64,000 nucleotides of DNA from an uncultured Rubritalea sp. GTDB lineage: Bacteria > Verrucomicrobiota > Verrucomicrobiia > Verrucomicrobiales > Akkermansiaceae. Shown here in pieces: positions 35,522 to 45,333 of this stretch; the stretch's first letter is position 1; each line of letters starts with the position of its first letter. Location of the stretch: NCBI GenBank assembly GCA_937132085.1, contig CAKZNV010000163.1, positions 7,441 through 71,440 on the forward strand, given 5' to 3'. The notes under the pieces were generated by a model that saw only the letters and a list, made by a program, of their open reading frames with translations, was not told the origin of the DNA and searched no databases. Made by a program: the position numbers and the translations under genes.

Positions 35522-38217
35522 GCTACCCCTCTTTGCAATGACGTTGCTGGCTGAGGTTGCGAACGCACACTTACTTCTGTTACCCGATTCGCAAGCTCTT
35601 GCTGAGTTTCGTCTAACCTCTTCTGCTCTAACAATTCTTGAGCTAACATTCCTTGTCTACTCCTACTCACCCCCTCAATAAAATCTGCCTTATTCTCTAC
35701 CCAAATCGAAATTTCCTCTCTAGCCCTAGATGCACTGACATAGAACTGTTCCATACTTTCTGCTCCTTGACTCTGTGCCCCCTGACAGATGATTACTTTC
35801 TGCGTTGTCTTACCTTGACTTGCATGACTAGTAGAAACATACCCATATGCAATGGCTGTTGTTCCCTTCGCTATTTTACTGCCATTTTGAAGCTCTATTT
35901 CACCCGTATCTGTAATTGACTTCACCTGATGCACCGAACCGTTATAAATCCTCTTCCCTTCGATACTTTTGACGTTTTTGGTAAAGCGAATCTTATCATT
36001 CACAACTAGTTTCAACGGTATTTGCTCAAACACTTCAAAATGCGTTGAAAAGCTTAAATCTAATCTTTTCAGTGCCTCTGAATGCTCCGAACTGAGTATA
36101 ATCTGCCCGTCTTGCACAGCTTCTATTTTATACGATTCCCCTCTCTTAGAAACTCCGGCCACCCCTTTATGAAAACAAATCACATTGCCCACTTCCAGAA
36201 AATGCGCCATCTGCTTTTGTGCATCGGTCAGATTTTTATTGCGATAACTTATCACTTCTTTCTCTTCTGAACTTAAATAACCTATCGATTTGAGCTTCTC
36301 TCTAATGGCAGAAGTAACAAGCCGCCCTTCTGCGTGAGAAGGTGACACGACCAAAGTATTTTTGCCAACTCCATCAACATAATCTTGAGCGACAAGCTTC
36401 AATTTTTCAGCTAAATCATCATATTCTTTGATAGCTCCCATTTCATCAAATATCTCAACTGCGTCTATCACATTTCCAACACTCAAACACTCAACAGCCT
36501 CCTTATATTGAGCTAGTTTCTGTCGATAGATAGTGCGTGTCTCTTTCACTTCAACCAAGCCACTATCTGTCACCAAGCGCAAACTCCCCCTACCCACACT
36601 TTTATGTTGAAAAACATCACCACTAAGCACTATACGATTTCCATATTTTTCACTTATTTCAAACAGCTTACTAAGCTCTTTTGCCGAGAGCATGCCTGCT
36701 TCATCAACCCACAACACGGCATGACTCGCTTCTTCCTGTAAAGCTGTATTGAGTAAAAATTGCTGAATCGTCTCGCTGTTTTCGAAACCTTCTTGCTTTA
36801 GCACCTGATGGCTCGCCTGTGATGTCGGAGCAAATGTATACACGCGCTCGCCAAATTTCATCATCGAATCTATTGCCGCTTTCATCATCGTAGTCTTTCC
36901 TGTTCCAGCCTTTCCAGCCACTACAAACACACGATCTTTAGAACGCATCAAAGCCTCAACGACCGACTTCTGTTCATCATCTAAGTTAGAATCTTGAAGG
37001 CTAAACTCAGAATGTATCTGATATTGCGTTCCTTTAGTCCGAGCTAAGAATTTTAGTATTTTATTCTCTTCTTCCAACACTAATTTAGTAGTCACATATT
37101 CAGTATTATTCTTGCTACTAATAATCAATTCATCACGTCCTGCTATTTCATCCTCTACCTCTTCTACCGTGCAACTACCAAGTGAATTTTGCAAAACCTC
37201 TGCGATAAGCCTACGATACTGCATCACACTATCTCGCTCGAACATAGAATCGATGGTCTGATCTACCACTTGCTTTAAATCAACATGAATGCTTTCATTT
37301 GCGTCCCAATCATAATCATCGCCCACTCTGTTAGCACGCTCCAGCCACTGATTCCGCATCTCACTCTTGCTTGTATTCGTGATTTTAGGATTACGAGTGC
37401 GTGAAGCTAAGCCATCCATCGCTTTTTTATCCCCAGCAATGCCTAATTCCTCTGCCAGATGCTCTATTTCCTCAGATCGTTTTGAAAACTCATCAATCAA
37501 AGCCTGTGATACTCCCCTCACCTCAAAGCCAAACTTCTTATTGATAATTTCATAGCCAAGCTCTTTCAATCCCATCGCCAATCGACTATGAAAAGCCGCT
37601 TGAAAATACGGAGCTTCTTTTACAACATGATACAGATCTACTGCTTGAAACCTAGCATCATGTAACGTTGTATTAAAAGTATAGGCATGACAATGAAGCG
37701 CAGGATCGCATTCCATCCGTTTTGAATTCTCATTAAACACAGGTCTGGAAACCAAATGAGTAAACTCAGCCCACACCAAATTACCTGTCTTGGCTTCCGT
37801 AGCAACACCACCCTTACGCACACGCACATAAGCACTTTCCTCCACACTCAACATCGTATCTCTAACAGCTTTCTGAAACACAGACAGCACTCTCTCATCA
37901 GAAAAAACGCTATAGAGAATTGAGACTGACTTAGGAGCAGCCCAGGTCAGATCGCATCCACAGCGCCGATCAAGATCTTCTCTAGGGTTCAACTTTCCAA
38001 GCGTATCAGGTCTACGATTATCACACAAAAGCGAGAAATCATCCTTCTCAACATCGCCACTGAGCCCCAAAACACCAGCCGCTTTCCCCGCCCAAACCCC
38101 ACAACCAACCTCCTGCCCATAATAATCCCCCTGAGCCAGCCCAGAATTATAATACGACTTCGCCGCCCCTACTGTTTTACTGTGATGAATTCTCAGCATC
38201 CAACATGTATATACCAC
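35518..38217 (-). CDS. MOBF relaxase-helicase (TrwC/TraI-like); likely start at 38199
   Basis: SYY...DYY, AAPKSVS, H..SRP...DPALHCH, Walker A GKAGTGKTT, VDEAGM and GYVSTSHASQGKT. Confidence 0.92.
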   Translation of the reverse strand: MVYTCWMLRIHHSKTVGAAKSYYNSGLAQGDYYGQEVGCGVWAGKAAGVLGLSGDVEKDDFSLLCDNRRPDTLGKLNPREDLDRRCGCDLTWAAPKSVSILYSVFSDERVLSVFQKAVRDTMLSVEESAYVRVRKGGVATEAKTGNLVWAEFTHLVSRPVFNENSKRMECDPALHCHAYTFNTTLHDARFQAVDLYHVVKEAPYFQAAFHSRLAMGLKELGYEIINKKFGFEVRGVSQALIDEFSKRSEEIEHLAEELGIAGDKKAMDGLASRTRNPKITNTSKSEMRNQWLERANRVGDDYDWDANESIHVDLKQVVDQTIDSMFERDSVMQYRRLIAEVLQNSLGSCTVEEVEDEIAGRDELIISSKNNTEYVTTKLVLEEENKILKFLARTKGTQYQIHSEFSLQDSNLDDEQKSVVEALMRSKDRVFVVAGKAGTGKTTMMKAAIDSMMKFGERVYTFAPTSQASHQVLKQEGFENSETIQQFLLNTALQEEASHAVLWVDEAGMLSAKELSKLFEISEKYGNRIVLSGDVFQHKSVGRGSLRLVTDSGLVEVKETRTIYRQKLAQYKEAVECLSVGNVIDAVEIFDEMGAIKEYDDLAEKLKLVAQDYVDGVGKNTLVVSPSHAEGRLVTSAIREKLKSIGYLSSEEKEVISYRNKNLTDAQKQMAHFLEVGNVICFHKGVAGVSKRGESYKIEAVQDGQIILSSEHSEALKRLDLSFSTHFEVFEQIPLKLVVNDKIRFTKNVKSIEGKRIYNGSVHQVKSITDTGEIELQNGSKIAKGTTAIAYGYVSTSHASQGKTTQKVIICQGAQSQGAESMEQFYVSASRAREEISIWVENKADFIEGVSRSRQGMLAQELLEQKRLDETQQELANRVTEVSVRSQPQPATSLQRGVA

Positions 38218-38220
38218 CAG

Positions 38221-38240
38221 CTAGACATACGGGAGTCCCT
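38221..38240 (-). other. Candidate oriT upstream of relaxase 2
   Basis: Minus strand reads AGGGACTCCCGTATGTCTAG: a short inverted repeat followed by a CGTATGTCT stretch reminiscent of MOBF nic regions. Confidence 0.55.
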
Positions 38241-38340
38241 TTTAAGGATTTTATTACCTCAAATCTAAATTCCACTTTTTTATGAACTTTTAGCTTTTCC
38301 ACGGCTTACAAATTTCGCAGAGTATAATCAGAAATCACAC

Positions 38341-39453
38341 ATGCCAGTAAAGTTCAAACTAGACCAAGTAATTTTAGGATGTGCTCCTATATCATATCGA
38401 CGAGGTGATAGCCCCAAGCTGATTTATAGAGAACTGTTGTCGCCTGAAGATCCTGAGTTAATCGATAGATTAGAGCAACTTCATGGTTGCATTTTTTCTA
38501 AAATTACAGGTTTACCAGAACCTTCACACGTTAAAGATCTCGTTATCATAATTAATAAAGAGCTTGATGGCTTAGCATACATTGATGAATTAAAGGTTAA
38601 CGGAGTCGTAGATTATAATAAAAAAGAAGCCGTAATTGGTGATCCAATTAGAATTTCAGATATAAAAAAAATTATTTCTATCGATTTAGGTATTAACATT
38701 TCACCTGAAGATGCTGTAATTATTGTCCGAAGTTTTTCATGGAAAAGATCTTTATTTTTCGATTTTGGACCTTTGCATAATAGCACAGGACCTAGAACCT
38801 ATGATATCCAAAAAGCTTTAGCACAACAATTAAGTCTATTACTAGGAATCCCTTCATCATCGGAGCCTACAACTCAAGGCAGAACTAGAGTTCAAGAAAT
38901 GAAACGCTCTTTGGACAAATTTGATGCTCTATTAGCCAGAAACTGTAAAGAAGAAAGCTACTATCAAAAATTATTAAATGAAGCCCCTTGGATGTTCGGA
39001 TCGTCCTATAGTAAACTTAAGAGGCACAAAAAATTAGATGATGAGAATATTCCTGATTTAACACTAGTTCGCTCATACGATGAGTGTCATGATATTGTAG
39101 AACTAAAACAGCCTTTCTTGAAAATATTCAAGAAAGACAATACATTCGCATCTGCTTTTCACAACGCTTGGGATCAAGCGGAGAGATACTTGAATTTTTG
39201 TGATAATCAGCGGAGCTACTTAAAGGAAGAGAAGGATTTAGATTTTCAAAATCCCACCTGCATTCTATTAATAGGTAACTCATATGATAACGAACAAGCC
39301 AAACTAATAAAGAGTAAGGAAGCATTCAACTCAAGAATTCGTGTAATGTCATACCAGCAATTAAAGCAACAAGCAGAACATATTTTAGAAACCTCAATGA
39401 GGACACAAGACCGAAATTACAGCCCAAAATCTACCATCTCACCTAGTGAATAA
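38341..39453 (+). CDS. Shedu (SduA, DUF4263)-like nuclease
   Basis: C-terminal E..YQ..L...PW.FG, PDL...DIVELK.P and AWDQAERY motifs. Confidence 0.72.
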   Translation: MPVKFKLDQVILGCAPISYRRGDSPKLIYRELLSPEDPELIDRLEQLHGCIFSKITGLPEPSHVKDLVIIINKELDGLAYIDELKVNGVVDYNKKEAVIGDPIRISDIKKIISIDLGINISPEDAVIIVRSFSWKRSLFFDFGPLHNSTGPRTYDIQKALAQQLSLLLGIPSSSEPTTQGRTRVQEMKRSLDKFDALLARNCKEESYYQKLLNEAPWMFGSSYSKLKRHKKLDDENIPDLTLVRSYDECHDIVELKQPFLKIFKKDNTFASAFHNAWDQAERYLNFCDNQRSYLKEEKDLDFQNPTCILLIGNSYDNEQAKLIKSKEAFNSRIRVMSYQQLKQQAEHILETSMRTQDRNYSPKSTISPSE

Positions 39454-39648
39454 TGATAGAAAGTCTTTCCGTCCTCAGAGCAATAGATTAGCAAGTGTTT
39501 TTAATAATCAAGGGTCTAATGTATCACTCGTATCTTCTGCAAAGTCTTTACAATAAATTAATCACTGATAAAACCCTTATGATCGTAACATTCTAGACAG
39601 ACATCTCCTCTTAAACAGAGTTTAAGAAGGGCAGAAGACGGCAGAAGA

Positions 39649-40299
39649 CTATTTTTGCATTGCTTTCAATCGATTATTTGCCTCATTTAATTTAGTAGCT
39701 AAATGGGCGTTTACAGCTTCTTTTTCTTCAAGACGCTTGTGTAGGTCTCTCTTACTCCTCTCCAGCATAGCTACCTTTCTTTCCACGTCTTTAATATCTC
39801 CAATTTGAGCAAGTGCTACACTCAGCTCTTTACGCTCAGTTACCATCCTCGCTAATTCTATATTTTTCTCTTCTAAGGAATCCTGCAATGACTTGATTCG
39901 TTTCTTGTGAGCAGCTATCGCATTATTAAAAACAATCACTTCATTTTTCAAACGTTCCATCTCTGCCCTTTTGTCTTCTATGATCTTATTTTTATCTTCC
40001 TTTAATGATCTAACTTGCTGCTCTAATTCTTTTTGATCTTCCACATATGGTTGTTTTACTGTTTCCACGACTTCTTTGGGGTCTACTTTCAATAATCCTC
40101 GGAAAGCTGCAAAACAAACGGCCGCCAATTGAATGACTAAAATCCAATATAGTTTGTTTCTAACACTTGGCTCCTTTAGTATTCTAACCCCAGATAATGA
40201 CAGCAATGTCAATATGACAACCACAACAAAAGCAAATAGTAATGTATAGCTAATTGCGATTTTTATAATTTCTATATGTGCTTCAGCCTCTATTTTCAT
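39649..40299 (-). CDS. Two-TM protein with long C-terminal coiled coil
   Basis: Two hydrophobic helices followed by heptad-rich sequence. Confidence 0.6.
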   Translation of the reverse strand: MKIEAEAHIEIIKIAISYTLLFAFVVVVILTLLSLSGVRILKEPSVRNKLYWILVIQLAAVCFAAFRGLLKVDPKEVVETVKQPYVEDQKELEQQVRSLKEDKNKIIEDKRAEMERLKNEVIVFNNAIAAHKKRIKSLQDSLEEKNIELARMVTERKELSVALAQIGDIKDVERKVAMLERSKRDLHKRLEEKEAVNAHLATKLNEANNRLKAMQK

Positions 40300-40364
40300 T
40301 TTATTAATATTTTAAGAATATAGCTCAATTAACCAAATTAGTCGATTTCATCTTACAGAAAGCA

Positions 40365-41513
40365 TTAAAAATTAGCTTTAAACCCTACTCCAAAAAATCG
40401 ATCTTTTTCTTGGCTAAAGGGTAAATCACCCTCCGAGTAAGATATGCTCCATCCCTTTTGCGTGACTAAGCCTACTGAATACATAAACTGCTCATCTCGT
40501 CCCAAGGACTTAATCGTATTAGATGCACCAAGTTCCTTGTAATAACGGGCGTTCATTTCTAGATACACATACTCTCCAAATACTTTTGCAGCTAACGATC
40601 TAGAAGCTATCTCAGCCCCTACCCTAAAATAACTGTCATCATCACCTCCACGAACGGATATTTCCTCCTCTAAAGGATGGACATAATCAGCAGTAAACAA
40701 CAAAGTTGGTATTGATGCTCCGTTCACTGAAATTTTTCCATCTATACCAGTAGCATAACGCAATACAGCCGAAGGATAATCAAATATATTAATCTTTGCT
40801 CCTATAGACTGAGGGTCGTAGGCTTTAAAATCCAAAGCAGTATGAGCCCCGAAAGTGAATTGATAGTTTTCAAACTTTTGATCACTTTCAAATCCCAAAT
40901 TTAACCCGACCTCTGTGTATAGATCATTACCTAAAGTTTTTCTTACTGCTGAATTAAATTCTTCCAGCTCTTGTGGCGTGCCATTTCTTAACAGCCAAGT
41001 TAACCTTTCTGCTCGCCTTTGCGCAATTTCCTCATTTTCTAATTCTTGAGCCTTATTTAAAAATACAGATCTTCGCGTAAAGTTATACTGCACGTTCAAA
41101 GACATAAAATCTTGCGGGTTAATCGAAGAATCAAATGCTACATTACCTCTCGTTTTAAAAGCCCAATCTATACTACCCTCAGCACCACTTTCCAAGGAGA
41201 GTTGGCTTATTTCATTTGATTTTGAAAAATCCCAAGAAATTCCTAAACTCGACTTACTGGAGTCATCTAAAGTTAAGGTTAAAAATTCGACATTTGCTTT
41301 ATCTACAAATTTTCCGATCTTAGAATCTTTTCTAAAAAAGCGATTAATATATTTGTTATACGTTTCAGGAGAATTCAGCTTCTCCTTTAAATCTTCTTTT
41401 TTCGATTCATATAGATTTTCTAACTTCTCAGCCACAAGTCTATCAAATGATTGAGACCAAGCGTTATTAGAGAACAGAAGAGATACTACAGAGCATATTG
41501 TTATACATTTCAT
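40365..41513 (-). CDS. Secreted protein, possible outer-membrane beta-barrel
   Basis: Signal peptide, alternating hydrophobic strands, terminal FGVGFKANF ending in Phe. Confidence 0.5.
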   Translation of the reverse strand: MKCITICSVVSLLFSNNAWSQSFDRLVAEKLENLYESKKEDLKEKLNSPETYNKYINRFFRKDSKIGKFVDKANVEFLTLTLDDSSKSSLGISWDFSKSNEISQLSLESGAEGSIDWAFKTRGNVAFDSSINPQDFMSLNVQYNFTRRSVFLNKAQELENEEIAQRRAERLTWLLRNGTPQELEEFNSAVRKTLGNDLYTEVGLNLGFESDQKFENYQFTFGAHTALDFKAYDPQSIGAKINIFDYPSAVLRYATGIDGKISVNGASIPTLLFTADYVHPLEEEISVRGGDDDSYFRVGAEIASRSLAAKVFGEYVYLEMNARYYKELGASNTIKSLGRDEQFMYSVGLVTQKGWSISYSEGDLPFSQEKDRFFGVGFKANF

Positions 41514-41539
41514 AATTTTTGTATTTCGTTTTTCAAAAT

Positions 41540-41887
41540 TTATTCGCCAAGGAATAGATAAATATCATCCATTTTTCGCCCCAGATCGCCTACCGTTTTG
41601 GACGCATCTAATAACAAATCAGTCATAGCTTTCACGGCTGTGCTAGACCTCCATCCTTCTTCATATTTAGTCCTAAGTAAAACCCTATGTATACGGTCAT
41701 ATCTTCCAGCCAATGCCTTAGCCGCTGATTTCCTCTGTTGTTCAGTCGCCGATTTAACATAAAACCTAAGATCATCTACTTCATAAGACTCTGCATCTTT
41801 AAAGCTTACTCCCATTGGCATCTCATACAATGCTCTATTTGTTGCCCACGCACTTGAATGTGCGGCGTTATTTCTTGTCCAGCTCAT
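41540..41887 (-). CDS. Hypothetical protein
   Basis: 115-aa ORF 26 bp upstream of the barrel-like gene. Confidence 0.5.
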   Translation of the reverse strand: MSWTRNNAAHSSAWATNRALYEMPMGVSFKDAESYEVDDLRFYVKSATEQQRKSAAKALAGRYDRIHRVLLRTKYEEGWRSSTAVKAMTDLLLDASKTVGDLGRKMDDIYLFLGE

Positions 41888-42024
41888 AATATATATTGAT
41901 TGATTTTAATTTTATCGCATCTAATAGATACAATTGATTTATTCGAATACATCTAAACATGGATGACTCACTCACTTCAAGAATATTACAAACAAACACC
42001 ATTTTCCAATATGGAAACAAGCTC

Positions 42025-42840
42025 TTATATTCTTATCTGACCACACAAATACCTATGAGTCATTCGTTTCATAGGTCTAACACCTAGGTTTAAATTCCAG
42101 TCATTAGATAATAGAATATTCTCAACTTTAGGAGTCTCGGCAAAGGTGAAGCCTGCGTTTTTTAACCGTTTTACTTCTTGCTCCATTAGTTTTCTCGCAA
42201 TTTTCTGCAGATTCTCCCATGTGAGCTTGTTGAATACTTGCACGCTATCAATCCGAGCAAAGAGTTCTGGACGTAGTATCTGTTGAGCCTGATTTTCTAC
42301 GAATCTTCTCAACGCTGCACCTGATTGCTGTCGTGCTTTGACGATGGCTTTTGAGGCGATGTTGGAGGTTAGGACGATATAATATGCAGTGAGATCGAGA
42401 ATTGTTCCATCTGTTAGAGTCAATCTGCCATTGTCTAATATTTGTAGGAGCAGGTCTAAAATTGGTGGGTGAGCTTTTTCTATTTCATCGAAGAGGATAG
42501 TCCCCTGCCCGTTTGTTTTTTCTAGCAACTGCTGGAATACTCCTTGCCTCTCTGATGTGCCAAGGAATTGATAAATGGAGTCTGGATGCTGAAACTCGCT
42601 CATATCCAAACGAATGAGGTTATCATCACCAAACAAATAGCGAGTGAAGCATACTGCTAGCTCTGTTTTACCTACTCCCGTTGCTCCGAGGTAAAGAAAA
42701 CTACCTTTTGGGCGGGTCTTCTCTGCCATTCCCATTTCACCGATGCGTAAGATTTCTGCGGTCTCTTTGACGGCCTCTTCCTGACCGATGATATGCTCTG
42801 ACAAATGAGTTTCTAGTTGATCTAATTCTTGTGTTTTCAT
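42025..42840 (-). CDS. Stand-alone ClpB/ClpC D2-type AAA+ ATPase
   Basis: GATGVGKTELA, RLDMSEF, FDEIEKAHP, LLQILDNGRLT, LTSN and RPEL.ARID motifs; coupled to the virB10-like gene. Confidence 0.85.
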   Translation of the reverse strand: MKTQELDQLETHLSEHIIGQEEAVKETAEILRIGEMGMAEKTRPKGSFLYLGATGVGKTELAVCFTRYLFGDDNLIRLDMSEFQHPDSIYQFLGTSERQGVFQQLLEKTNGQGTILFDEIEKAHPPILDLLLQILDNGRLTLTDGTILDLTAYYIVLTSNIASKAIVKARQQSGAALRRFVENQAQQILRPELFARIDSVQVFNKLTWENLQKIARKLMEQEVKRLKNAGFTFAETPKVENILLSNDWNLNLGVRPMKRMTHRYLCGQIRI

Positions 42841-43919
42841 TATTTTTCTAGTTTTTTGCGCAAAACATTCATCAGCTCTTCACGTTGTTGAAGAGCGTTG
42901 TTCAGGTCATTTGGTGCGTAAGTGGGTGCGTTAGTAATTTCATTTGTCACATAAATATAAAACTCCGTTCCTGCTAAGGCTCTAACAAACGGCTTATCCT
43001 TGTTAGCTTCTTTTTCCAGATTCCCAGCATAGTCATCAACCACTGTTGCTGCTCCCTCTAACGCTCCATTGCGTGCAGTTGTTAGAACCTCTTCTCCCAA
43101 TATAGTCCGACCTCTTTTCTGAGCGAATCTGCTCATTGCTGATAGACCTTTTGCTAGAATTTTCTTAGAATCTCTCTTCACCCCCGAGCGAATCATTTCA
43201 CCTTTGATACCTAGCGAGCCATCATCCATTCCATAGCGTTTAGTGCGCAGGTTATAATCTCGGTTTAAGCCTGTCCCTGTCATATTCAATGATTTTCCAG
43301 AAGGCAGAACGACTCTCCAGAGAGTTTTCGTAGTCACACGATTTCCTCTGTGGTCTTTGTCTATGCTGCCATGAATCTCACTGCCATAGGGAATCAACAC
43401 CTTACCATTGCTTCTAACAGTTTTCATCACCTTGGCTATAATTGGCAAATCTTGAGTTCCTGATGCAACTGTGGTAACCAACCTACATCGTATCATCGTT
43501 CCCATAGGGATAGTTTGAGTAGGCTCATGCTTCACTATCTTTGTCTTTATTGGCTTTGGCTGAACGGGCTGATAGAAATGCACTAATGCAGGCTGAGGTT
43601 CGAATGCTTCGACCTCTTGAAGATCTGGAACTTCTGGCAATGTTACAGCTTGCTTAGGCTCTACAGCAACTATTGGCTTTGTTGGTCGATATGGGCTATA
43701 ACTCTCACGTTTTTGAACATGAACTCCTTTACCCATATCCGTTGGCTTCTCAGCAGAACTTCCAATGAACGGTATTTTCGGAAGCTTAGGAAGCTCCACA
43801 GTGCCCTTACCGCTACGCTTGCGACAACCATTAATGAAATAGAATATCGTGAGGCAAAGAATCACCAGCAGCACGGTCTTACCTATGCCTGATTTGAAGA
43901 AATATAGTTTATGAATCAT
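42840..43919 (-). CDS. VirB10/TrbI-like T4SS protein
   Basis: N-terminal TM, Pro-rich linker, IPMGTMI.C.L...IP.GS.I.G...DG..GI.G...GT.FYIY domain. Confidence 0.75.
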   Translation of the reverse strand: MIHKLYFFKSGIGKTVLLVILCLTIFYFINGCRKRSGKGTVELPKLPKIPFIGSSAEKPTDMGKGVHVQKRESYSPYRPTKPIVAVEPKQAVTLPEVPDLQEVEAFEPQPALVHFYQPVQPKPIKTKIVKHEPTQTIPMGTMIRCRLVTTVASGTQDLPIIAKVMKTVRSNGKVLIPYGSEIHGSIDKDHRGNRVTTKTLWRVVLPSGKSLNMTGTGLNRDYNLRTKRYGMDDGSLGIKGEMIRSGVKRDSKKILAKGLSAMSRFAQKRGRTILGEEVLTTARNGALEGAATVVDDYAGNLEKEANKDKPFVRALAGTEFYIYVTNEITNAPTYAPNDLNNALQQREELMNVLRKKLEK

Positions 43920-44737
43920 GGTATTAGTTTGAATGTATTTTCTGCGCTTAAATGTAATTTGCGCCCTTTAGTGTTCCCGATCATTACCGCCTCAAAGGCA
44001 ATGCTCTGATCTGCAGCAATGATATATTTTAACAAGCCAAGTTTATTGGGCTTGTAGACACGGCTTTCACCTACACGAATTCTCATTTGCGAGGGATTCA
44101 GCTTTATCGCGTTTTTCCCTATGTTCTTTATCGTTCCAAAGATTACTAAAGTATCCTCTTTAGAAAATCGATGCACCTCAGTAACCATTGTTTCCACATC
44201 TTTGGCTGTATGTAGAAAAGCTACCTTACGTGATGAGACTCCTTTATATTGGTCTGGCAAAGATGCTTCCAGATCATCTCTAGTCCGCGCTAATTTCACA
44301 AGCTGCATCACTCGCTCTTGCCATAGGTCAATTTTAAATCGAGATAAATCAGCCGCCTCTATTTGCTTTGCTTTTTCGCTCTTTAGCAAATGCACCACAC
44401 TATCTGGTGCATCACTACCGACCAACTTAAACAACACCATTCTATCATCGCATAGAACTTGCATGAACGAAGTAGATTTTAAATCTAACAGCCTCAACAC
44501 CACGATCTTTGAACCTTTAGGGCTAGAATATTGAACCTTGCCTGGGGTGCTACCATCAGTTAGCCCTTTGCCCACGACCATCGAGACTTTCTCAGGAAAC
44601 TGTAATATAGTCGTTAGCTCATGGTGGATCTTAATGACGGTGATATTCTCAGTATCGAAACTAAGTGTTCTCGGTGGATGAGGCTCAACGGCATAGGCTA
44701 CTGTTGACCATAACATTAAAATTAGAATGTATTTCAT
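43916..44737 (-). CDS. VirB9/TrbG-like T4SS protein
   Basis: Signal peptide, TVIKIHHELTTILQFPE; position before virB10. Confidence 0.55.
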   Translation of the reverse strand: MKYILILMLWSTVAYAVEPHPPRTLSFDTENITVIKIHHELTTILQFPEKVSMVVGKGLTDGSTPGKVQYSSPKGSKIVVLRLLDLKSTSFMQVLCDDRMVLFKLVGSDAPDSVVHLLKSEKAKQIEAADLSRFKIDLWQERVMQLVKLARTRDDLEASLPDQYKGVSSRKVAFLHTAKDVETMVTEVHRFSKEDTLVIFGTIKNIGKNAIKLNPSQMRIRVGESRVYKPNKLGLLKYIIAADQSIAFEAVMIGNTKGRKLHLSAENTFKLIP

Positions 44738-45333
44738 TTGATTGGTGTGGTTTGAATTTGAAATGAACTGACTAAGGTCGGATAAGCTCCATTAGCCGAG
44801 ATTTGCGGATTCCTCACAAAGGTTAAATTCACCTTTAGATAAAGCCCTTCATCAAATGACCTCCCTGAAAAACTACCAAAGCGAATCAATTGTCCTTCAA
44901 CAACCATCTCAATACTCCCGTCTGTAGCTTGCAACATCGATATTTTGGAAATCTCTACTTTTTGATGAATCTCTTGCTCTTTAAATCGATCCGCTTCCGA
45001 GAGCAGATATTTCAATGCTTGATTATAAGCTGATTGGTCAAAGAGCCTCTTCATTCTCTTAGGCTGATCCACTCCATTAGCATGACGGTTAAACAATGCC
45101 TCAACTGCCATCGTTGCTTGATCATCATGGAGCTGCTTGGCTTCTGTAAAATCTAAGAGCTTGTCGAGATAGTAAGTTTTCTCGCCCACTACTAAAACCT
45201 GCATTTCAGCATTGATTCGGCTTACTAGATGCCAACGGTCTATAGAGAAACCGACGAATGTCAGAATGAACATCACGCACCATAATCTCGCTTGATTCCT
45301 GTGACCTTTAAAAGTATTTATTGCATTCTTCAT
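44734..45333 (-). CDS. VirB8/TrbF-like T4SS protein
   Basis: Single N-terminal TM, ~200 aa, position between virB6 and virB9. Confidence 0.55.
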   Translation of the reverse strand: MKNAINTFKGHRNQARLWCVMFILTFVGFSIDRWHLVSRINAEMQVLVVGEKTYYLDKLLDFTEAKQLHDDQATMAVEALFNRHANGVDQPKRMKRLFDQSAYNQALKYLLSEADRFKEQEIHQKVEISKISMLQATDGSIEMVVEGQLIRFGSFSGRSFDEGLYLKVNLTFVRNPQISANGAYPTLVSSFQIQTTPIK

